Shown piece after piece: positions 57,292-64,000 of a stretch of DNA of 64,000 nt. Within the stretch, counting starts at the first letter, position 1, and each line of letters starts with the position of its first letter. Position numbers and translations under genes: made by a program. The DNA is from Dehalococcoidia bacterium (GTDB lineage Bacteria; Chloroflexota; Dehalococcoidia; Lucifugimonadales; VXLM01). The notes under the pieces were generated by a model. The model made no database searches and had not been told where the DNA came from. It worked only from the letters and a program-made list of their open reading frames with translations. The stretch is from positions 2,556,423 to 2,620,422 of the forward strand of contig CBDDPU010000004.1 in assembly GCA_965232435.1 (NCBI GenBank), read 5' to 3'.

Positions 57292-57732
57292 ATGCCAAAG
57301 TACCGGGTTAGCGTCGAAGTTGACAAACCAATCGAAGAAGCCTGGGACGTCGTTATGGACGAGGCGAAGATGGGCGAATGGCTGGAAGGCTACAAGGGTA
57401 TGGAGCTCATAGAGGGGGAACCTCTCGCGGTCGGAAGCAAGCACAAGATGATTTTCGAGGAGAACGGGCAGGAGCTTACGTTCACCGAAACCGTCACCGC
57501 CGTTGATCCGCCAAAGGAATTCTCTTTCGACTTCGACCACGACATGATGCGCAGTCATATTCAGATCACCCTAGAAAGCTTAGAGTCTGGGACGACACGA
57601 ATCACCAACCGCACGGATTTCAAAGTGGATGGCTTTTTCATCAACATTCTCATGTTTTTCATGACACCGAGAATGAAGGGCAGACAACGCCGGAGCTTCG
57701 AGCGCTTGAAGTCGCTCATTGAGTCGAACTGA
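57292..57732 (+). CDS. SRPBCC-superfamily (AHSA1/START-like) protein
   Basis: 146 aa. YRVSVEVDKPIEEAWDVVMDEAKMGEWL is a typical SRPBCC N-terminal strand-helix. Confidence 0.55.
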   Translation: MPKYRVSVEVDKPIEEAWDVVMDEAKMGEWLEGYKGMELIEGEPLAVGSKHKMIFEENGQELTFTETVTAVDPPKEFSFDFDHDMMRSHIQITLESLESGTTRITNRTDFKVDGFFINILMFFMTPRMKGRQRRSFERLKSLIESN

Positions 57733-58672
57733 ACCGTTGAACACTTCTGACATCCGAAGCGTCTCGGTCATCGGAGCCGGTCTCATGGGACACGGCATCG
57801 CCATTGAGTTCGCTCTCGCGCATTACGACGTTCGGCTTCAATCCCGTTCCGAAGAGAGTCTCGAACGGGCGAGAGCAATGATTCAAGACAGTCTTGAACG
57901 ACTGCTCGACCTCGGCAAAGTGTCGAACGAGATAGCGAAGTCGGTGCCGAGTCGCATCCGCATGACTACCCACTTGGGGGAAGCGGTCGAGGATGCCGAT
58001 TTAGTGATCGAATCCATTTATGAGGATATGGAGGCGAAGACAAAGCTTTTCGGTCTGCTGGACCAGCTCTGCCCCGTCCAAACGATCCTGGCCAGCAACA
58101 CGTCCAGCTTCTTGCCCAGCAAGCTCGCAGCGGCGACGACACGACCGGACAAGGTCATCAATGCCCACTTTCTCAATCCGCCCTTCTTCGTGCCGCTCGT
58201 CGAAGTAGTTCCAACACCCCAAACTTCGCAAGAAACGACCGGCGCGATTATGGAACTGCTGATCTCGCTCGGCAAGCAGCCAATCTTGGTGGAACGCGAG
58301 GCGCCGGGTTTCGTCGCAAGCCGCCTACAGATGGCTTTGCTCCGAGAGGCTCTGTGGCTGGTCGAAAACGAGGTGGCGTCGGCAGAGGACGTCGACAAGG
58401 CAATCAGCGCCGGACTCGGACGACGCTGGGCCACGACAGGCGTGCTGCACGTGCTAGAAGTGGCGGGGTGGGACCTGATATCGAGCGTCGCGGCGGACGT
58501 GTTCCCTTCCCTCTCAAACGCCGACGACCCATCCCTGCTTCGCGAAATGGTCGAGCGCGGGGACAGCGGCGTAAAGGCTGGCAAGGGGTTCTATGAGTGG
58601 ACCCCAAAAAAGGCTGAAGATCTGCGCCGTCGCATCGCAAAGGGACTGGTCCACATCGACAAATTGGATTGA
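57719..58672 (+). CDS. 3-hydroxyacyl-CoA dehydrogenase
   Basis: VSVIGAGLMGHGIA Rossmann motif, ASNTSS, HFLNPPFFVPLVEVV and GFVASRLQ motifs. Non-ATG (TTG) start; position uncertain. Confidence 0.85.
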   Translation: MSRTEPLNTSDIRSVSVIGAGLMGHGIAIEFALAHYDVRLQSRSEESLERARAMIQDSLERLLDLGKVSNEIAKSVPSRIRMTTHLGEAVEDADLVIESIYEDMEAKTKLFGLLDQLCPVQTILASNTSSFLPSKLAAATTRPDKVINAHFLNPPFFVPLVEVVPTPQTSQETTGAIMELLISLGKQPILVEREAPGFVASRLQMALLREALWLVENEVASAEDVDKAISAGLGRRWATTGVLHVLEVAGWDLISSVAADVFPSLSNADDPSLLREMVERGDSGVKAGKGFYEWTPKKAEDLRRRIAKGLVHIDKLD

Positions 58673-58779
58673 CCGAACTTCCACTGTCGGAGTACAATAC
58701 GTCTAATTCCTGACGCCAAAGGTAGAGACGCTTGGGAACCCCATAGCATTTCGGAACCGAACGTTCACGCTCACTACGA

Positions 58780-58820
58780 GGCCTCCCGCGCTCCGCTAGG
58801 ACTGCGCGGGAGGCTTTCTT
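58780..58820 (+). terminator. Rho-independent terminator candidate after the hydroxyacyl-CoA dehydrogenase gene
   Basis: 11-bp GC-rich stem gcctcccgcgc / gcgcgggaggc, 12-nt loop, followed by tttctt. Confidence 0.6.
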
Positions 58821-58899
58821 ATGTCCCTTGCGGACGCCTTCCTTGATACTATGAACCCGCGCGTTCCGATACGCGCCTTCCGAGAGGAGACTCTTGCAC

Positions 58900-60636
58900 A
58901 TGTCACAGAATGCCGACCTAATCGAACTGCGAAAGCGAATTCGCCACTCGGCCGCCCACGTGATGGCCGACGTAGTAACGACGATGTTCCCCGAAACCAA
59001 GCTGGGCATCGGTCCGCCCACGGACGACGGATTCTACTACGACTTCATGGTGGAAAAACCGTTCTCCGAGCAGGACCTGTCGCGCATTGAGAAACGAATG
59101 CGAAGGGTGATCCAGCGAAATCTGATGTTTGAGTTCCATGAATACCCCCGCGACGAGGCGGAGCGCATGAACGCCTCGGAGCCGCTTAAGATGGAAATCA
59201 TCGACGATATCCCCAAAGACGAGAAGATCACGACGTACAAGCACGGGGAATTCGAAGACCTATGCGCCGGGCCGCATGTCGAATCTACGGGGCGAATTCC
59301 GGCGTTCAAGCTGTTGAGCGTGGCCGGCGCGTACTGGCGCGGTGACGAGAACCGCCCGATGCTTCAACGCATTTACGGGACGGCGTTCGAGTCGAAAGAC
59401 GCCCTCGACGAGCACCTCCATCAAATCGAGGAGGCCAAGAAGCGCGACCACCGACTCCTCGGACGGCAGCTCGACCTATTCTCCATTCACGAGGAAACGG
59501 GCCCAGGACTGATCATTTGGCACCCAAAGGGATCGAGGACGCGGGGCATTGTAGAAGACTTTTGGCGCGAGCAGCATAGACGGCACGGGTATGAGCTGGT
59601 CTACACGCCCCACATAGGACGCGCCGGCCTTTGGGAGACGAGCGGCCATCTAGGTTTCTACAAGGAGAATATGTACGCCGCCATCGAGATGGAAGGCCAG
59701 GACTATTACTTGAAACCGATGAACTGCCCCTTCCACGTAATGTATTACCAAAACGATCTCCGAAGCTACCGCGAATTACCCATGCGAATAGGCGAACTCG
59801 GTACGGTGTACCGGTACGAGCGTGGAGGAGTTGTACAAGGTCTGCTCCGTGTTCGCGGCATGACACAGGACGACGCCCACATATTCTGTATGCCCGACCA
59901 AGTCGCCGACGAGGTGAACGGCGTTCTCGATCTGACCTTCTTCCTGATGAGAAGTTTTGGATTCAACGATTACGACATCATGCTCTCGACGAGACCCGAA
60001 AAGGCGGTCGGAAAGGACGACCAGTGGGAACTGGCGACGGAGTCGCTCCGGAAAACGCTTGTGCAGCGCGGCATCGACTACGAAATAGACGAGGGCGGCG
60101 GGGCTTTCTACGGCCCGAAGATCGACATCCACATTAGGGATGCTATCGGGCGGCAATGGCAGATAACCACAGTGCAGTTCGACTTCAACCTGCCGGAGCG
60201 ATTCGGCCTGACGTACATAGGCGAGGACGGCAGAGAACACCAACCCTACATGGTGCATCGAGCGCTGCTAGGCACGATGGAGCGGTTCATGGGAGTCTTG
60301 ATTGAGCACTACGCCGGAGCCTTTCCCCTGTGGCTGGCCCCGGTGCAGGCCGTCGTTATCCCGATAGCCGACCGTCACGTCGAGTACGCCCAGAACCTCA
60401 AGGCCCGGTTGCAGGCATCAAACGTCCGGGTTGACGTTGATGACGGCAACGACCGCATGAACGCCAAGATCCGCAATGCGCAGATGCAGAAGATCCCCTA
60501 CATGCTGGTCATCGGAGATAGAGAAATCGAGGCGGGCGCGGCGGCAGTACGGCTCCGCTCCGGCGACAATCTCGGCGCGGTGCCGGTTGACGAGATTGGG
60601 GAGCGGATATCAGCCGAGGTGGAGGCGAAGGTGTAA
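58900..60636 (+). CDS. thrS: Threonine--tRNA ligase lacking the N-terminal TGS domain
   Basis: Begins at the editing domain (IRHSAAHVMADVV...GPPTDDGFYYDF), followed by the class II core (ELPMRIGELGTVYRYE, GMTQDDAHIF) and the anticodon-binding domain. ATG at 58900 after GAGAGGAGA. Confidence 0.95.
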   Translation: MSQNADLIELRKRIRHSAAHVMADVVTTMFPETKLGIGPPTDDGFYYDFMVEKPFSEQDLSRIEKRMRRVIQRNLMFEFHEYPRDEAERMNASEPLKMEIIDDIPKDEKITTYKHGEFEDLCAGPHVESTGRIPAFKLLSVAGAYWRGDENRPMLQRIYGTAFESKDALDEHLHQIEEAKKRDHRLLGRQLDLFSIHEETGPGLIIWHPKGSRTRGIVEDFWREQHRRHGYELVYTPHIGRAGLWETSGHLGFYKENMYAAIEMEGQDYYLKPMNCPFHVMYYQNDLRSYRELPMRIGELGTVYRYERGGVVQGLLRVRGMTQDDAHIFCMPDQVADEVNGVLDLTFFLMRSFGFNDYDIMLSTRPEKAVGKDDQWELATESLRKTLVQRGIDYEIDEGGGAFYGPKIDIHIRDAIGRQWQITTVQFDFNLPERFGLTYIGEDGREHQPYMVHRALLGTMERFMGVLIEHYAGAFPLWLAPVQAVVIPIADRHVEYAQNLKARLQASNVRVDVDDGNDRMNAKIRNAQMQKIPYMLVIGDREIEAGAAAVRLRSGDNLGAVPVDEIGERISAEVEAKV

Positions 60637-60637
60637 C

Positions 60638-60688
60638 CCACCCTCCGTACCTCTCCCTCGCTTGACGGGGGAGAGGAGAGGGTGTTTG
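60638..60688 (+). terminator. Rho-independent terminator candidate after thrS
   Basis: Composite stem caccctc...cctctccc / gggagagg...gagggtg (7+8 bp), followed by tttg, starting 2 nt after the TAA. Confidence 0.6.
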
Positions 60689-60703
60689 CGATGTCCGCGA
60701 AAG

Positions 60704-60770
60704 CCGTTCGTGGTGAGCTTGTCGAACCATGAACGGGGGTTCGACACTTCGACAGGCTCAGGGTGAACGG
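60704..60770. repeat. REP-like imperfect palindromic element
   Basis: Arm ccgttcgtggtgagcttgtcgaa (60704-60726) versus the reverse complement of ttcgacaggctcagggtgaacgg (60748-70). Inner perfect hairpin gtcgaacc/ggttcgac (60721-28 / 60738-45). Translates to the spurious VVSLSNHE / FDRLRVNG / VRQAHHER peptides typical of a widespread repeat family. Confidence 0.45.
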
Positions 60771-60813
60771 CTTTCGGTTGAGCACTCTCTTGCGGAATCC
60801 GCTGGGATGGACA

Positions 60814-61782
60814 CTACTCCTGCCTGACCAGCTTTTGCAGCGATCTGACCTCTCGCGGCGGGTCGAGACGTGAACCGTATGCGGCGTACGATACTTCGGC
60901 CACGTAGATGTCGCCGCGCGAGTCCACCGCGATGCCGTGCGGGGTGATGAACTGTCCGAGGCCAAGCCCCTGCGGCTCATCGCCAACCCGCGCCACCACG
61001 TTGCCGCACAAGTCAAACACGGTCACGCGAGGGCCGAGACGCTTGCCCGTCCAGTTTCCCCAACCCAACGGATTTTCCGGAATCCCTGCGTACATTTCGC
61101 CGACGTAGGCAAGCGAATTGGCGATGTCTATGGTGATGCAAGAAGCCATGGCGAGATCGTTCCACTGCGTCTGAAAGTTCCCTGACGAGTCGAAAATCTG
61201 GATTCTCTGGTTCTCACGGTCGGCGACGTAGACGCCGCCGTCTCCGTCGGTCGCGATATTGTGCACGGTGTTGAATTCACCCGGATCGGTGCCCGATTGT
61301 CCCCAGGACAGCAGCAGCTTCCCATCCGGCGAAAACTTGTGCACCACGGCGTTGCTATACCCGTCGGAAACGTAAATGTCGCCGGTATTGGGATCCACGG
61401 CGGCGTGTGTAGGGTTGCTGAAGGGCTTGCCGCTCAGCCTGCCCGAGCCGCGCCCCTTCTCGCCAAGAGTCATCAGAAGTCGCCCGTCGAGCGTGAACTT
61501 GCGAACGGTATGGTCCGCTGCGTCGATGCAGTAGAGCGACTCATCGGGGCCGACGGCAACACCATGAGCGCTGGTGAAGACTCCCTCGCCCCACGAGTTG
61601 ATCACGGCCCCATCGCGGTCGAATACGATTACTGGATGGTCTCCACGGTTGAAGACATACACGTTGTCGTTTGCGTCCACGGCGACGGATGTGGCCTCTT
61701 TGTATGACCATCCGTCCGGCAGATTGCCCCAATCCTCGCCCGAAACTTCGTACGTGTATTCGCCATGGCCGATAATTGTCAC
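60814..61782 (-). CDS. NHL-repeat six-bladed propeller, peptidylglycine-amidating-lyase-like (paralog 2)
   Basis: Collinear with 41594-42553 (GEYTYEVSGEDWGNLPDGWSYKEATSVAVDANDNVYVFNRGDHPVIVFD...). 4-nt ATGA overlap with the upstream gene. Confidence 0.8.
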   Translation of the reverse strand: MTIIGHGEYTYEVSGEDWGNLPDGWSYKEATSVAVDANDNVYVFNRGDHPVIVFDRDGAVINSWGEGVFTSAHGVAVGPDESLYCIDAADHTVRKFTLDGRLLMTLGEKGRGSGRLSGKPFSNPTHAAVDPNTGDIYVSDGYSNAVVHKFSPDGKLLLSWGQSGTDPGEFNTVHNIATDGDGGVYVADRENQRIQIFDSSGNFQTQWNDLAMASCITIDIANSLAYVGEMYAGIPENPLGWGNWTGKRLGPRVTVFDLCGNVVARVGDEPQGLGLGQFITPHGIAVDSRGDIYVAEVSYAAYGSRLDPPREVRSLQKLVRQE

Positions 61783-62219
61783 TGTTCGCCTCCTGTTACG
61801 GCCCGCTGCCAGACGATTCGCCCCTTTCGTGACTTCCCTGCCAGCACCATGGGAGGGGTCGCCAGAATCAGCCGGTCGCCGTCGAGATTAATGTATCTCA
61901 CCTGCTCGGTGTCCACCCGGTTCGGATAGAAGGCCGTCTCGATTTTGTGGATAACCCGGTCGCCTTGGTAGTCGTAGCGGCCGCAGTACGCGACGAAGGT
62001 GCTCGCCGCGGCGAGTTTCTCTTCATCCGTGCCGGCGAGCATGTCTCCCGCCGCGAAATTCTTCCTGCCCGCCGCCATCATGAGCACCGACATGTACCCG
62101 TCGGAGGTGTACATGATATAGCCCGTAGCGCCTTCACCCAGGGGGTACAGCACGCCATCGCCGGTGTGGGCTTCATAAGTGACCAGTCGCCACGCTCCAA
62201 TAAGAGGGTTGGATTCCAT
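61779..62219 (-). CDS. Lipocalin-like domain protein
   Basis: NPLIGAWRLVTYE...GYIMYTSDGYMSV...FVAYCGRYDYQGDRVIHKIE matches the lipocalin-like (PF13924-type) pattern. ATG at 62219 after GAGGCGGAG. Confidence 0.6.
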   Translation of the reverse strand: MESNPLIGAWRLVTYEAHTGDGVLYPLGEGATGYIMYTSDGYMSVLMMAAGRKNFAAGDMLAGTDEEKLAAASTFVAYCGRYDYQGDRVIHKIETAFYPNRVDTEQVRYINLDGDRLILATPPMVLAGKSRKGRIVWQRAVTGGEQ

Positions 62220-62262
62220 ACTCCGCCTCAATTTGCGATAATCGGCAAGAGAGCAGCACCGT

Positions 62263-62757
62263 CTAGTCGTCGGGACGACCGATATTCTTGGCCTGAGTGG
62301 GCTGCCATCCGGTATCGCGTTGGTAGACCTTGCCCATCTCAAGAAGCTCGGAGAGGTCGGCGCGCGAACCGTCACGCATGTAACGGCTCTGCTCGTGCTC
62401 GTGGCTCATTTCGATAGCGTCGAAGTTGCATACGTCAACGCAGATGCCGCACAGGATACAGCGGTTCAAGTTTATCTCGAACTCATCAATGATCTTGCGG
62501 CGCTTGGACTTCCCCTCGGCGTGCTGGGGATTGTCCTTCATCGTGGCGCTCATGCATTGGGTTGGACACTCTCGCACGCAAACCATGCAGCCGGTACAGT
62601 ACGGCTCGCCGGCGGTATAGTCCCACAGCAACGCCGGAAACCCCATGAATCGCTCCTGCACAGGGAGGCGCTTATCAGGATCCGGGTATTGTCCCGTCAC
62701 CGGAGAACGCTTCATGGTCTTCAGTGTGACCGCGAGGCCTTTGAGAAGTCCGCTCAC
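62263..62757 (-). CDS. nuoI: NuoI-like 2x[4Fe-4S] ferredoxin (NADH-quinone oxidoreductase subunit I family)
   Basis: CTGCMVCVRECP and CILCGICVDVCNF cluster motifs. N-terminus GLAVTLKTMKRSPVTGQYPD is typical of NuoI/Nqo9. Confidence 0.7.
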   Translation of the reverse strand: MSGLLKGLAVTLKTMKRSPVTGQYPDPDKRLPVQERFMGFPALLWDYTAGEPYCTGCMVCVRECPTQCMSATMKDNPQHAEGKSKRRKIIDEFEINLNRCILCGICVDVCNFDAIEMSHEHEQSRYMRDGSRADLSELLEMGKVYQRDTGWQPTQAKNIGRPDD

Positions 62758-62866
62758 CTATCCGCCACTCATGAAATGAGGATAACTCCGTTCATTGTAT
62801 CAGGTGCGACGTAAAGACGCAGACCGGCTGCCGGCGGAAATCAAGACGTAATGCGTCCTAGCGAAT

Positions 62867-63958
62867 CTAGTGCTGATCATCGACGACGACTTCGCGACCT
62901 TCTCGTCCTGATCGCACCATGGCCAATGAGAACCGGAGTACTTCACGCGCTTCTTCTCCGGTGAGGGCGGACTTCCGCCCGTCGATCACGGCTTGGACGA
63001 AGTCCTCCACTGCCAACCGAAAGCCCGCATTGTAGTCGGTCTCGACATCGACAAGACTTGTCAATGACCCGTCAATGAGTATCTCAATTGGCGGACGCCG
63101 CACCATTTGCCCGTTCGGTCCCTGGTGAATGTACAGAATCCCCCGGCTGCCTGTGACCTCAATTGACACATCGATGGGATAGTGACTGGACCGGATCACC
63201 AGCTGTTCGGAATGGACAGACTCACACGTTCCGTACACGTCTCCGCTCGAATACTTCCACACTATCGTGGCCGGATTATCGAGTGCTCCGCCCGGCAATA
63301 TTTCGTGGTGGCTGACGACTTCAGTGCTCCCGATGTAGGCGAAAACTCGCTCGATATCGCCGAGCAGATAGCGGGCTGTCATCCAAACGTGGTGACCGTG
63401 ATCGAACAGGACTGAACCGTCTCCCGACAGCGTCGGATTGGAGCGCCACCGGTGAGACGAGTCTGGCACCTCCCAACCGTCCGGCGCAACGCCGCTCGCT
63501 GTCTTGATGCGGATGGACATAGGATCGCCGATCTCGCCCGATTCCAGAATTTGCTTAGCGCGAACGAACGGAGGATGAAAGCGATAGTTGTCGATGACGC
63601 GGAGCAGCTTACCCGTCCGCTCTGCAGTCTCAATCATCGCATCGGCTTCTGAAATCGTTAACGCCATCGGCTTCTGCACGGATACGTGCTTCCCGGCTTC
63701 CAACGCGGCAATCGTCATGGGCGCGTGGAGATAGTGAGGCGTGATGATGTCCACCACGTCCACATCCGGATCCTTCAAGAGATCCTCATAGCAAGTATAG
63801 GTCTTCTCTACGCCCCATTCGCCGGCGCGGCGACGCACCAGATCGCCGTCTACGTCGCAGAGGGCCGTTAGCTTCGCCCCAGGAGTGACCGAATACCCGA
63901 TATAGTGCATGTCGGCAATTCGCCCGACACCTACGAGAGCTGCGCCCAGAGGTTTCAA
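62867..63958 (-). CDS. Gfo/Idh/MocA-family oxidoreductase
   Basis: GAALVGVGRIADMHY Rossmann region and VSVQKPMALT (EKP-like). TTG start 5 nt after AAGGAGA. Confidence 0.85.
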   Translation of the reverse strand: MKPLGAALVGVGRIADMHYIGYSVTPGAKLTALCDVDGDLVRRRAGEWGVEKTYTCYEDLLKDPDVDVVDIITPHYLHAPMTIAALEAGKHVSVQKPMALTISEADAMIETAERTGKLLRVIDNYRFHPPFVRAKQILESGEIGDPMSIRIKTASGVAPDGWEVPDSSHRWRSNPTLSGDGSVLFDHGHHVWMTARYLLGDIERVFAYIGSTEVVSHHEILPGGALDNPATIVWKYSSGDVYGTCESVHSEQLVIRSSHYPIDVSIEVTGSRGILYIHQGPNGQMVRRPPIEILIDGSLTSLVDVETDYNAGFRLAVEDFVQAVIDGRKSALTGEEAREVLRFSLAMVRSGREGREVVVDDQH

Positions 63959-64000
63959 TGCTTCTCCTTACGAACGTTCGACGCGATCTGAGCGTGTTAG

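Noticed and set aside
58673-58899. T-box or other leader regulating thrS
   Set aside because: No T-box consensus (AANNNGGGTGGTACCGCG-like) and no specifier-loop architecture. The strong hairpin plus T-tract at 58780-58820 is best explained as the terminator of the upstream gene.

Overview
GC-rich (about 58-60% by eye), densely coding bacterial chromosomal segment with roughly 57 CDS and one tRNA. No rRNA, CRISPR array, transposase, integrase or phage gene is visible. Housekeeping content: the F0 part of an ATP synthase operon (atpZ/I-like, atpB, atpE, 5' part of atpF), gatC-gatA, thrS, rarA, tRNA-Val(GAC), an archaeal-type PEP carboxylase, an aspartase/fumarase-family lyase and a threonine aldolase. 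These are interleaved with a paralog-rich catabolic set: four Gfo/Idh/MocA oxidoreductases, four SDRs plus a short epimerase-like protein, two DHDPS-family aldolases, two DgaE/SelA-like PLP enzymes, two NHL/PAL-like propellers, an enolase-superfamily dehydratase, an HpcH aldolase and an SMP-30 lactonase. That gene mix resembles marine Chloroflexota (SAR202-like) genomes, but the taxonomy is inference only. The most notable accessory items are listed here. (1) A 1,792-aa secreted kexin-like subtilase fused to two plant-type LRR arrays. (2) A small defence-like islet: vapBC plus a 972-aa single-chain gamma-class N6-adenine methyltransferase with type IIG-like layout and a degenerate nuclease-like N-terminus. 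(3) A glycosidase-like gene interrupted by one in-frame TGA. (4) A BNR/sialidase-like gene with a 1-nt frame disruption in a G4 run. (5) A conserved element of about 60-80 nt, with a 29-nt core identical at 27 positions, upstream of two unrelated minus-strand genes. (6) A repeat-dense divergent intergenic region with three 10-bp tandem repeats, palindromes and two poly-C tracts. All functional calls come from motif recognition by eye; no database search was run.
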